NCBI GenBank assembly: GCA_002269645.1
Contig: NIVC01003121.1
Span: forward strand, 5,243-69,242
Direction: 5' to 3'
Length of the DNA stretch: 64,000 nt
From: Macrostomum lignano
Lineage: Eukaryota
The number at the start of each line of letters is the position of its first letter. Within the stretch, counting starts at the first letter, position 1. The notes beneath the pieces are model-generated. The model searched no databases. It had not been told where the DNA came from and worked only from the letters and a program-made list of their open reading frames with translations. The translations under genes and the position numbers were made by a program. Shown piece after piece: positions 22,311 through 33,895 of this stretch.

Positions 22311-22504
22311 AGGGATCCCGCTGTTAAACCATAAAACCCCTAGCTTGTATAGTACAATATGCGGCAGTGCTACAGACTGTTAGCTCATGCTTCAAACCAA
22401 GATCTACTCAGAGGCCGCACCTGTCCCGTAATTATGAGCGCATTCTCATGGATCCGCTCCTCTCTCTGGACGTCTTCTGTGATAGAGAGGCTACCAAAAC
22501 TACC

Positions 22505-23558
22505 TCTTCAACTCATCGATGCCGCCATCATGGCGCTGTATCAGGACACCACCGCCGCGGTAGCGACGCTAGACGGACCGTCGGACCTGTTTAGCACGAC
22601 GTCCGGAGTGCTGCAGGGTGACACTCTGGCGCCCTTTCTCTTCGTGCTGGTGATGGACTGGGTGCTCAGGACCGGCCTGCCGACATCAGAGGACGGCTTT
22701 CTGCTGCAAAGGCGCACCAGTAGACGGCACCCGGAGAAGAAACTGTCTGTCCTTGGCTACGCGGACGACCTCGCCCTGCTGTCTTCGACGGCCGAAGGCG
22801 CCCAACGGCTGCTGGACGGCCTGACTGCGGCGGCGGCGAGGGTCGGTCTCGTCTTCAACGCCAGGAAGACCGAGGTGCCGACGGTGCTGCATGATCTACC
22901 CGCCGAGATTCGACTTCAAGACGGCGACGGCCCCGGGACGGCGCTCCCGAAGTGCCTTCAGTTCGTCTACCTCGGCGGACTGGTGCCGGACGTCGGCGAC
23001 GACCTAGCGAGACGGCGCGGCAAGGCCTGAGCTGCCTTCCGATCTATGCGGGCGTTGCTGCTCTCCGAGGCTCTGTCCGACGGCGCCAGGTCCCAGCTGT
23101 TCCAGGCGGTTGTTGAGACCGCCCTGCTGTACAATGCTGAGACCTGGACGCTGACCGGGGCGCTTGGGGCGCAGCTCGATGCGGCGCATGCGGCCCTAGT
23201 CCGCGCCGCTTTCGGCGCCCGCCGCGGCCCTGGTAGCGAGACAACCGAGTCCCTGTACAAGCGCACAGGCCTGACGCGGCCTTCTGCCCTGCTGAGTCAG
23301 CGGCGTCTGCGGCTTGCCGGACATGTCATCCGGGCCGAAGCCTACTGCCCAGAGCCGCTGCAGGACGTCCTGCTGTGGACCCCGCAGGGACCGCGCAGGC
23401 GTGGCCAGGGACGATCAGCCCGCTACGTCGACCGCCTTTTTGAAGATGCGCGAGCACCCAGCCAGGCGGCCGGGTGTGAAGCACGTTAGAGACCTAACTC
23501 TGAAACGCGCGATTTGACGCTCCCCCCTCTTGGCCACTCCCGTGGCTATTATTATTAT
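22505..23558 (+). mobile_element. 5'-truncated RTE-like non-LTR retrotransposon (RT C-terminal half), with an internal stop
   Basis: RT motifs GVLQGDTLAPFLFVLVMDWVLR, GYADDLALLS, FVYLG and LFQAVVETALLYNAETWTLT. TGA at 23028-23030; (TAT)4 tail at 23547-23558. Clade assignment is from motif style only. Confidence 0.82.
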
Positions 23559-24265
23559 GCTGGCATCAACTCCAAACCTTATGTCCTTAACAACTGCGAT
23601 CGCCCCACCATAACCTTCACCAGCATCCCAACCTCATGAAGCCGTGAAAGACCACTGGGCTCTGTAGTAAACCCAACAACGTCCTCATCAACGACAGCCC
23701 TGCAACTACTCGTAAGAAAGTCGACTCGAGAAATGACAATGTGAAACGGTAGAATAGAAATCTGACCTTCGAAAATAATCATTTTTTACGACTTGGACAG
23801 ACAACTTGCATGATGGCCGTGATGGCCAACTGCAGCTTCAAAGCAACTCAAAGCTTTCTAGTCAGAGAAAGTCTCTTGGAGTCACCTCACTGAGTCACTA
23901 CCTGCACAGTTGAAAATTCACACGGCGCACCGATAGTCGCTGCTAATGCCAGATAAAGCAGCGCAAGGCATAGCATACCCTTGAAAAAACTTTCTAAAAT
24001 TTTAATGAATTTCAATGCTACTGAGTCACTGCTGTGGTCACCCGCTGGGGTCACCTGTGATCGGGCATGAAACTGACTCGGAAAGCAAAAAGAAGGCAGC
24101 TCGTGATATCGGCCTACTTGAAAGGGGTGTGGTATCGGGTGGACAACAACATTGGTATAAAAAAACTAAATTGCTGGGTGAAAAAAATGAGCAAGCGCGA
24201 TTGAGCACGAAAGTGACGAAATTGACGAGTGCAGTAGTGCCAACTAAACCAACGGCGAACAACAA

Positions 24266-25963
24266 ATGGCGAAAGCAAAGTTCTTCTTAGCGAGCATTCT
24301 GCTTGGCAGTCTTCTGGCTACGGTTTGCAAAAGCTTTCCGGATGGCGATTTCATCAAGCTGCTGCCGGAGACTCGACCGCAGCCAGGGCAGAGCTCCGAC
24401 CCGAGCCACTGGGCCAAGATAGCCAAGCAGGACCTGCAGACCGCTACTGACGTCTTGCGCCAGACCAAGGAGAACAGAGCGAAGAACGCCATTCTCTTCC
24501 TCGGAGACGGCATGGGAGTGCCTTCGATCACTGTGGGACGCATCCTCAAAGGTCAGCTCGCAGGAAACAGCGGCGAAGAGGAGATACTGGAGTTCGAGAG
24601 GTTCCCACACACTGGTCTTTCAAAGACGTACAACACGGACATGCAGACTCCGGACAGCGCCGGGACGGCCACCGCCTTCCTGTGCGGCGTGAAGGCCAAG
24701 TCTGGAACCATGGGAGTGAACGAGCAGGTAATTAGTCGCAACTGCACTTCCCAGCTCAAAGAGCGCAACGTGATGTCGTTTCTGAATGAGGCTCAGCAGC
24801 TCGGCAAGTCGGTCGGCATCGTCACCACCACAAGGATCACTCACGCGACTCCGGGAGCTGCGTACTCGCACACGGCTTCAAGGGACTGGGAGGACGACAC
24901 GGAAAGGAACAGCGACGTGCCGAATGTTAATGAGCGTTCGATGTGCCCGGACATTGCCGAGCAGCTGGTTGAGTACGCCATCAACTATACCGTCATATTC
25001 GGAGGCGGTCGGCTGAAGTTTCTACCAAAGAACGAAATAACAATCGATCCCATTACTGGAAGAAACGTCAGCGGAAGCCGAAGCGACTCGGTAAACCTCA
25101 TCAACAAATGGAAGCAGCGACAGGAAGGCTATGGACGTCGTCCGGTCTACCTGGAGACTCGCAAGGAGCTGCAAGACACTCCGACGGATCCCAACGCTGC
25201 ATACTTTGGACTGTTCGCAATGAGCCATCTTCGCTACGACCTGGACAACCAAAAGGATGGGAAGGAGCCGACTCTGGAGGAGATGACGAGAAAGGCGATT
25301 GAGATTTTGAGTCAGAACCCGAACGGGTTCGCTCTGCTTGTCGAAGGAGGTCGAATTGATCACGGCCATCATGAAAACTTGGCGCAGAAGTCGATGCACG
25401 ATCTTTTGGCGTTCGAAAAGGCCATCAAGGCGGCTGGCGAGTTGACGAAACCGGATGACACATTGACAATTGTGACAGCCGACCACAGTCACGTGTTCTC
25501 CATCGGAGGCTGGGGTCGCAGAGGCCAGCCAATCTTCGGCAAGGTGAAGTTCTCCTATTTCAATAGGTTCAACAGCAAGGGCGAAGCGCTCGGCTTCGAC
25601 GATCTTCCTTACACACCCCTGTTCTACGGCGACGGGCCCGGCGCACCGGTCGGTCGGCCCGGGCGAACATCACGGATGTTGACACGAGCAGGAAAACTAC
25701 AAGCAGCAAGCTGTTGTGAATTTTCCAATCGAATCGCACGCCGCAGAGGACGTCCCCATCTACGCTCGGGTCCCGGGTCGCACCTGTTCCACGCTACCCA
25801 TGAGCAGTCGTACATTGCTCATGTCATCAAGTATTCGCTCTGCGTCGGCTCGTACAGGGCGGAGAACTACTGCCTGAGCAGTTCAGTGGGTTTTGTCTCT
25901 CCTTCGATTCCCGCCACACTGCTGCTGTCGGTTGTGGCGGCTTTGATTGGCAGATTCTGCTAA
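24266..25963 (+). CDS. ALPL: Alkaline phosphatase, intronless; this copy has a frameshifted segment at ~25660-25770
   Basis: Signal peptide, LFLGDGMG, PDSAGTATA (catalytic Ser), TTTRITHATP, VEGGRIDHGHH, TADHSH and hydrophobic C-terminal tail. Three 1-bp deletions relative to the mirror copy. Confidence 0.9.
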   Translation: MAKAKFFLASILLGSLLATVCKSFPDGDFIKLLPETRPQPGQSSDPSHWAKIAKQDLQTATDVLRQTKENRAKNAILFLGDGMGVPSITVGRILKGQLAGNSGEEEILEFERFPHTGLSKTYNTDMQTPDSAGTATAFLCGVKAKSGTMGVNEQVISRNCTSQLKERNVMSFLNEAQQLGKSVGIVTTTRITHATPGAAYSHTASRDWEDDTERNSDVPNVNERSMCPDIAEQLVEYAINYTVIFGGGRLKFLPKNEITIDPITGRNVSGSRSDSVNLINKWKQRQEGYGRRPVYLETRKELQDTPTDPNAAYFGLFAMSHLRYDLDNQKDGKEPTLEEMTRKAIEILSQNPNGFALLVEGGRIDHGHHENLAQKSMHDLLAFEKAIKAAGELTKPDDTLTIVTADHSHVFSIGGWGRRGQPIFGKVKFSYFNRFNSKGEALGFDDLPYTPLFYGDGPGAPVGRPGRTSRMLTRAGKLQAASCCEFSNRIARRRGRPHLRSGPGSHLFHATHEQSYIAHVIKYSLCVGSYRAENYCLSSSVGFVSPSIPATLLLSVVAALIGRFC

Positions 25964-28350
25964 TTCTTACCTGTAGAACCCGTTCCAGCTAATGTCACAC
26001 GGCGAAAGCTGCTACAGTTTTCAGGTTCAACTTGGGTAACTACTTTATCTGGTTTTTAGATCTGGTAGCGGCGTTTCAAATTTTCTTGAGTCGGAGACCA
26101 TTGTTCAAGTGACACGTTAAATCCCTTACATACCTTCAAGTATAACTACGTGTTCCTATTTGGTCTGCAAGTAATTTTGAGTAAATCATTTCAAGGAAAA
26201 TTTAACTTTGTAGTGAAAAACTACGCAACAATAGTTATCTCTGCAAAGCTCCTTCATTCGTATTGTTTTGTATTGCAGTCTGGCTAGTGTAAAATGGTTT
26301 GCAAAATTTTTCTTAAAAAACTCCCTAACTTCTACTTACAGTAGCTGCTTATGAGACGCTTGTAAAATTAAATAAAGTCGGTAGCTTTTCTGTAGTGACT
26401 TAGTTTGTGTTGTGTGGGGTGCTGGGGGGTTGTTGCGTACACTTTACCATCCGTGCTATGCTTTAACTCTCTCCTTCGTTTGCTCTTTTGTGCGAAACGC
26501 GCGTGACTAATATGTCTACTAAATGCTATTTCGATAAACACATGTAATGGACGATTTTATCATGCTATCGCTAAGCATCGTTCTGCGACACAAACTAAGT
26601 GAAGTCTTTACATTTTTCATCACTATTTTCAACTGTTTTAATAAATAAAATGCAAGCGTATGTTTGAAGGACCTTGCGTATTTTTGCTCCTTGCCATTCT
26701 GCGCAATTTTCACATTAAATTGGGACAATTTAATTTGGACAATTTTCGGGACAATTGTTAATCCCATTTCGCAGTTCTGAACTGTGAAAAGAGATGCAAG
26801 GCACAAGTTAGCATTAGCATTGCAAACACACACAACAAGGCAGACCGAGTGCAAAAGCCGGGGCCGAATTGAAAAGGTTGAACCAATCGTGAATTTTAGG
26901 CGAATTTCTCTGCTGCTGTCATTGAGAGCTACGTGAGAGTCCACGCAAACTTAACTGACATTTTTGGTTAGTCTTAAAGACTCAAGAAGGCGCTGATCGG
27001 AGTTGAGGCTCGAGAAGTGCAGAAAATTGAAGTTCCTAACTGCATTTTGTTCATCCCATGCTGGTCTGTGGCTTTTTATTCCTTGTTAATCGACCTCCAA
27101 GTAAACCATGCTAGACTTATGAGCGCATTGAAGTCAGGAAGGTGAGGTGAAATGCCAAACAGTGCGAAGTGGTGGTTGCTGCACCACAAACAGTGCCTCT
27201 ACAGTTTCGGTTGAGAAAAAATCCCTACACAAAAACCAAACCAGGCCGGTTACGCAACCAATTCAACAAGCGTTCAGAATAATTGGCCTTAAATCAACTC
27301 TGTCCAAAGAATTGGCATTCGCTAAGTCAGGGAGTTATTCGCCTCATTTGGTATGCTGCATTTTGATATTCAGCTCGTGCTAACTAAGGTTTAGAATTCC
27401 AGCTCGTGCGATCACGGGACAAGAGAGGTTCTGGAAGCGATAATTAGTACGTTGATTATCAACAGATGTTGTTGGAACCGGAAATGCCTCAGTAGAGTGG
27501 CCAGCAATTTTAAGTGCAGTATTTCGCCTCTGCTACTCCATGTGTACGCGAATGGAGTAAATTTTTATACCTTTAACTCATACCAGAAACTCGATAACAG
27601 ACGAATTCTCTACCTATAGCGGAGACCTACACGACGGCATGAAGCAGCGCAAGTTACCAACTTTACACCCTAGCAGCGTGCGCGTCTTAAGCTAGTCTTT
27701 CTTTGCAGGTAAGAACAGCATTGACGCATGTAGCTGCACATGCAGAATAAATATTAACGTATTATCATTTCAATCTACACAGACAGTAGAATATCTGCAA
27801 AGTAGCAAAGAGTCGCTTTAGCCGTCATGAAAATTGCCAACAACTCCGACATTTCGCTTCAACATTCCGGGGCTCTAAGCTACTCCAAAAGCTTTCCAGT
27901 TAAAAACCAAACCTTGAATGCCTGAAAAAACAGCAAATCGCCGCACTGCAATGTAAATTGCATTTATTTTTTCAGCTTTTGCTTGCCAGTGCGAGGTCCC
28001 CCCCCCGAAATTCGCGGGAACCGCAAGTCACGAACGCCAATAGGCCTTTCTGCAGCCTGTCACCTCGGGTTTATGATTCAGGCGGACCATTTCGGTGCAC
28101 GATAAATTTATTCAGCCTACAAATTCGATAAACATAGGCTGAAGACCCAGGGAAAGACGGGCACTGCGCGTCCAGCGGATGCTTGGTTTAGCTTTGGCAA
28201 AGCGTACAGTCTTATCAACGGCGCACAGATGCGACGCCGGTCAGTCAAGGACTTCCAGATCGGGCAACATCTGGATTGGAGCGGGCATCAATTCTGAATA
28301 ATCGTTACGTATTTTTCAGAGGCAAGCTGTTTGTGTTAGAGTTAAATGCA

Positions 28351-28392
28351 NNNNNNNNNNNNNNNNNNNNNNNNNNNNNNNNNNNNNNNNNN
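28351..28392. other. Assembly gap (42 N) at the centre of the inverted duplication
   Basis: Run of N. The sequence just right of the gap shows many single-base indels relative to its mirror, as expected at a contig end. Confidence 0.99.
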
Positions 28393-30432
28393 GGGGGACC
28401 TCGGCACTGGCAAGCAAAAGCTGAAATAAATGCAATTTACATTGCAGTGCGCGCATTTGCTGTTTTTTCAGGCATTCAAGGTTTGGTTTTTAACTGGAAA
28501 GCTTTTGGGGTAGCTTAGAGCCCCGGAATGTTGAAGCGAAATGTCGGAGTTGTTGGCAATTTTCATGACGGCTAAAGCGACTCTTTGCTACTTTGCAGAT
28601 ATTCTACTGTCTGTAGATTGAAATGATAATACGTTAATATTTATTCTGCATGTGCAGCTACATGCGTCAATGCTGTTCTTACCTGCAAAGAAAGACTAGC
28701 TTAAGACGCGCACCTCTAGGGGTGTAAAGTTGGTAACTTGCGCTGCTTTCATGCCGTCGTGTAGGTCTCCGCTATAGGTAGAGAATTCGTCTGTTATCGA
28801 GTTTCTGGGTATGAGTTAAAGGTATAAAAATTTACTCCATTCGCGTACACATGGAGTAGCAGAGGCGAAATACTGCTTAAAATTGCTGGCCACTCTACTG
28901 CTGAGGCATTTCCGGTTCCAACAACATCTGTTGATAATCAACGTACTAATTATCGCTTCCAGAACCTCTCTTGTCCCGTGATCGCACGAGCTGGAATTCT
29001 AAACCTTAGTTAGCACGAGCTGGAATATCAAAATGCCAGCAACCAAATGAGGCGAATAACTCCCTGACTTAGCGAATGCCAATTCTTTGGACAGAGTTGA
29101 TTTAAGGCCAATTATTCTGAACGCTTGTTGAATTGGTTGCGTAACCGGCCTGTTTGGTTTTTGTGTAGGGATTTTTTCTCAACCGAAACTGTAGAGGCAC
29201 TGTTTGTGGTGCAGCAACCACCACTTCGCACTGTTTGGCATTTCACCTCACCTTCCTGACTTCAATGCGCTCATAAGTCTAGCATGGGTTTACTTGGAGG
29301 TCGATTAACAAGGAATAAAAAGCCACAGACCAGCATGGGATGAACAAAATGCAGTTAGGAACTTCAATTTTCTGCACTTCTCGAGCCTCAACTCCGATCA
29401 GCGCCTTCTTGAGTCTTTAAGACTAACCAAAAATGTCAGTTAAGTTTGCGTGGACTCTCACGTAGCTCTCAATGACAGCAGCAGAGAAATTCGCCTAAAA
29501 TTCACGATTGGTTCAACCTTTTCAATTCGGCCCCCGGCTTTTGCACTCGGTCTGCCTTGTTGTGTGTGTTTGCAATGCTAATGCTAACTTGTGCCTTGCA
29601 TCTCTTTTCACAGTTCAGAACTGCGAAATGGGATTAACAATTGTCCCGAAAATTGTCCCAAATTAAATTGTCCCAATTTAATGTGAAAATTGCGCAGAAT
29701 GGCAAGGAGCAAAAATACGCAAGGTCCTTCAAACATACGCTTGCATTTTATTTATTAAAACAGTTGAAAATAGTGATGAAAAATGTAAAGACTTCACTTA
29801 GTTTGTGTCGCAGAACGATGCTTAGCGATAGCATGATAAAATCGTCCATTACATGTGTTTATCGAAATAGCATTTAGTAGACATATTAGTCACGCGCGTT
29901 TCGCACAAAAGAGCAAACGAAGGAGAGAGTTAAAGCATAGCACGGATGGTAAAGTGTACGCAACAACCCCCCAGCACCCCACACAACACAAACTAAGTCA
30001 CTACAGAAAAGCTACCGACTTTATTTAATTTTACAAGCGTCTCATAAGCAGCTACTGTAAGTAGAAGTTAGGGAGTTTTTTAAGAAAAATTTTGCAAACC
30101 ATTTTACACTAGCCAGACTGCAATACAAAACAATACGAATGAAGGAGCTTTGCAGAGATAACTATTGTTGCGTAGTTTTTCACTACAAAGTTAAATTTTC
30201 CTTGAAATGATTTACTCAAAATTACTTGCAGACCAAATAGGAACACGTAGTTATACTTGAAGGTATGTAAGGGATTTAACGTGTCACTTGAACAATGGTC
30301 TCCGACTCAAGAAAATTTGAAACGCCGCTACCAGATCTAAAAACCAGATAAAGTAGTTACCCAAGTTGAACCTGAAAACTGTAGCAGCTTTCGCCGTGTG
30401 ACATTAGCTGGAACGGGTTCTACAGGTAAGAA

Positions 30433-32133
30433 TTAGCAGAATCTGCCAATCAAAGCCGCCACAACCGACAGCAGCAGTGTGGCGGGAATCGAAGGAGAGA
30501 CAAAACCCACTGAACTGCTCAGGCAGTAGTTCTCCGCCCTGTACGAGCCGACGCAGAGCGAATACTTGATGACATGAGCAATGTACGACTGCTCATGGGT
30601 AGCGTGGAACAGGTGCGACCCGGGACCCCGAGCGTAGATGGGGACGTCCTCTGCGGCGTGCGATTCGATTGGAAAATTCACAACAGCTTGCTGCTTGTAG
30701 TTTTCCTGCTCGGTGTCAACATCCGTGATGTTCGCCCGGGGCCGACCGACCGGTGCGCCGGGCCCGTCGCCGTAGAACAGGGGTGTGTAAGGAAGATCGT
30801 CGAAGCCGAGCGCTTCGCCCTTGCTGTTGAACCTATTGAAATAGGAGAACTTCACCTTGCCGAAGATTGGCTGGCCTCTGCGACCCCAGCCTCCGATGGA
30901 GAACACGTGACTGTGGTCGGCTGTCACAATTGTCAATGTGTCATCCGGTTTCGTCAACTCGCCAGCCGCCTTGATGGCCTTTTCGAACGCCAAAAGATCG
31001 TGCATCGACTTCTGCGCCAAGTTTTCATGATGGCCGTGATCAATTCGACCTCCTTCGACAAGCAGAGCGAACCCGTTCGGGTTCTGACTCAAAATCTCAA
31101 TCGCCTTTCTCGTCATCTCCTCCAGAGTCGGCTCCTTCCCATCCTTTTGGTTGTCCAGGTCGTAGCGAAGATGGCTCATTGCGAACAGTCCAAAGTATGC
31201 AGCGTTGGGATCCGTCGGAGTGTCTTGCAGCTCCTTGCGAGTCTCCAGGTAGACCGGACGACGTCCATAGCCTTCCTGTCGCTGCTTCCATTTGTTGATG
31301 AGGTTTACCGAGTCGCTTCGGCTTCCGCTGACGTTTCTTCCAGTAATGGGATCGATTGTTATTTCGTTCTTTGGTAGAAACTTCAGCCGACCGCCTCCGA
31401 ATATGACGGTATAGTTGATGGCGTACTCAACCAGCTGCTCGGCAATGTCCGGGCACATCGAACGCTCATTAACATTCGGCACGTCGCTGTTCCTTTCCGT
31501 GTCGTCCTCCCAGTCCCTTGAAGCCGTGTGCGAGTACGCAGCTCCCGGAGTCGCGTGAGTGATCCTTGTGGTGGTGACGATGCCGACCGACTTGCCGAGC
31601 TGCTGAGCCTCATTCAGAAACGACATCACGTTGCGCTCTTTGAGCTGGGAAGTGCAGTTGCGACTAATTACCTGCTCGTTCACTCCCATGGTTCCAGACT
31701 TGGCCTTCACGCCGCACAGGAAGGCGGTGGCCGTCCCGGCGCTGTCCGGAGTCTGCATGTCCGTGTTGTACGTCTTTGAAAGACCAGTGTGTGGGAACCT
31801 CTCGAACTCCAGTATCTCCTCTTCGCCGCTGTTTCCTGCGAGCTGACCTTTGAGGATGCGTCCCACAGTGATCGAAGGCACTCCCATGCCGTCTCCGAGG
31901 AAGAGAATGGCGTTCTTCGCTCTGTTCTCCTTGGTCTGGCGCAAGACGTCAGTAGCGGTCTGCAGGTCCTGCTTGGCTATCTTGGCCCAGTGGCTCGGGT
32001 CGGAGCTCTGCCCTGGCTGCGGTCGAGTCTCCGGCAGCAGCTTGATGAAATCGCCATCCGGAAAGCTTTTGCAAACCGTAGCCAGAAGACTGCCAAGCAG
32101 AATGCTCGCTAAGAAGAACTTTGCTTTCGCCAT
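30433..32133 (-). CDS. ALPL: Alkaline phosphatase (tissue-nonspecific-like, probably GPI-anchored), 566 aa, intact, intronless
   Basis: All metal-ligand motifs present, including SHAAEDV (equivalent to mammalian THGGEDV); C-terminal SSS-spacer-hydrophobic segment typical of a GPI signal. Confidence 0.95.
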   Translation of the reverse strand: MAKAKFFLASILLGSLLATVCKSFPDGDFIKLLPETRPQPGQSSDPSHWAKIAKQDLQTATDVLRQTKENRAKNAILFLGDGMGVPSITVGRILKGQLAGNSGEEEILEFERFPHTGLSKTYNTDMQTPDSAGTATAFLCGVKAKSGTMGVNEQVISRNCTSQLKERNVMSFLNEAQQLGKSVGIVTTTRITHATPGAAYSHTASRDWEDDTERNSDVPNVNERSMCPDIAEQLVEYAINYTVIFGGGRLKFLPKNEITIDPITGRNVSGSRSDSVNLINKWKQRQEGYGRRPVYLETRKELQDTPTDPNAAYFGLFAMSHLRYDLDNQKDGKEPTLEEMTRKAIEILSQNPNGFALLVEGGRIDHGHHENLAQKSMHDLLAFEKAIKAAGELTKPDDTLTIVTADHSHVFSIGGWGRRGQPIFGKVKFSYFNRFNSKGEALGFDDLPYTPLFYGDGPGAPVGRPRANITDVDTEQENYKQQAVVNFPIESHAAEDVPIYARGPGSHLFHATHEQSYIAHVIKYSLCVGSYRAENYCLSSSVGFVSPSIPATLLLSVVAALIGRFC

Positions 32134-32839
32134 TTGTTGTTCGCCGTTGGTTTAGTTGGCACTACTGCACTCGTCAATTTCGTCACTTTCGTGCTCAATC
32201 GCGCTTGCTCATTTTTTTCACCCAGCAATTTAGTTTTTTATACCAATGTTGTTGTCCACCCGATACCACACCCCTTTCAAGTAGGCCGATATCACGAGCT
32301 GCCTTCTTTTTGCTTTCCGAGTCAGTTTCATGCCCGATCACAGGTGACCGCAGCGGGTGACCCCAGCAGTGACTCAGTAGCATTCAAATTCATTAAAATT
32401 TTAGAAAGTTTTTTCAAGGGTATGCTATGCCTTGCGCTGCTTTATCTGGCATTAGCAGCGACTATCGGTGCGCCGTGTGAATTTTCAACTGTGCAGGTAG
32501 TGACTCAGTGAGGTGACTCCAAGAGACTTTCTCTGACTAGAAAGCTTTGAGTTGCTTTGAAGCTGCAGTTGGCCATCACGGCCATCATGCAAGTTGTCTG
32601 TCCAAGTCGTAAAAAATGATTATTTTCGAAGGTCAGATTTCTATTCTACCGTTTCACATTGTCATTTCTCGAGTCGACTTTCTTACGAGTAGTTGCAGGG
32701 CTGTCGTTGATGAGGACGTTGTTGGGTTTACTACAGAGCCCAGTGGTCTTTCACGGCTTCATGAGGTTGGGATGCTGGTGAAGGTTATGGTGGGGCGATC
32801 GCAGTTGTTAAGGACATAAGGTTTGGAGTTGATGCCAGC

Positions 32840-33895
32840 ATAATAATAATAGCCACGGGAGTGGCCAAGAGGGGGGAGCGTCAAATCGCGCGTTTCAGAG
32901 CTAGGTCTCTAACGTGCTTCACACCCGGCCGCCTGGCTGGGTGCTCGCGCATCTTCAAAAAGGCGGTCGATGTAGCGGGCTGATCGTCCCTGGCCACGCC
33001 TGCGCGGTCCCTGCGGGGTCCACAACAGGACGTCCTGCAGCGGCTCTGGGCAGTAGGCTTCGGCCCGAATGACATGTCCGGCAAGCCGCAGACGCGGCTG
33101 ACTCAGCAGGGCAGAAGGCCGCGTCAGGCCTGTGCGCTTGTACAGGGACTCGGTTGTCTCGCTACCAGGGCCGCGGCGGGCGCCGAAAGCGGCGCGGACT
33201 AGGGCCGCATGCGCCGCATCGAGCTGCGCCCCAAGCGCCCCGGTCAGCGTCCAGGTCTCAGCATTGTACAGCAGGGCGGTCTCAACAACCGCCTGGAACA
33301 GCTGGGACCTGGCGCCGTCGGACAGAGCCTCGGAGAGCAGCAACGCCCGCATAGATCGGAAGGCAGCCCAGGCCTTGCCGCGCCGTCTCGCTAGGTCGTC
33401 GCCGATGTCCGGCACCAGTCCGCCGAGGTAGACGAACTGAAGGCACTTCGGGAGCGCCGTCCCGGGGCCGTCGCCGTCTCGAAGTCGAATCTCGGCGGGT
33501 AGATCATGCAGCACCGTCGGCACCTCGGTCTTCCTGGCGTTGAAGACGAGACCGACCCTCGCCGCCGCCGCAGTCAGGCCGTCCAGCAGCCGTTGGGCGC
33601 CTTCGGCCGTCGAAGACAGCAGGGCGAGGTCGTCCGCGTAGCCAAGGACAGACAGTTTCTTCTCCGGGTGCCGTCTACTGGTGCGCCTTTGCAGCAGAAA
33701 GCTGTCCTCTGATGTCGGCAGGCCGGTCCTGAGCACCCAGTCCATCACCAGCACGAAGAGAAAGGGCGCCAGAGTGTCACCCTGTAGCACTCCGGACGTC
33801 GTGCTAAACAGGTCCGACGGTCCGTCTAGCGTCGCTACCGCGGCGGTGGTGTCCTGATACAGCGCCATGATGGCGGCATCGATGAGTTGAAGAGG
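32840..33895 (-). mobile_element. Mirror copy of the RTE-like LINE fragment, frame uninterrupted
   Basis: ORF 32909..34039; has TGG at 33368-33370 where the left copy has TGA. Confidence 0.82.

Larger units (their letters stand above)
1..28002 (+). repeat. Left arm of giant inverted duplication
   Basis: Position 1 (tggtgcca) mirrors 57101-57108, and 27970-28002 mirrors 28393-28425. Every gene and repeat recurs in reverse order and orientation in 28393-57108. Confidence 0.97.

Noticed and set aside
23891-24060. AP-1 (TGAGTCA at 23891 and 24022) and GGTCA half-sites upstream of ALP
   Set aside because: Short motifs expected by chance; there is no independent support.
24266-25963. Bacterial horizontal transfer as the origin of the intronless phosphatase
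   Set aside because: The motifs (VEGGRIDHGHH, HEQSYIAHV), signal peptide and GPI-like tail are of the animal ALP type.
26519-26944. 141-aa ORF near the centre
   Set aside because: AT-rich with no recognisable motif, and the frame is broken in the mirror (only 29641..29877 remains).
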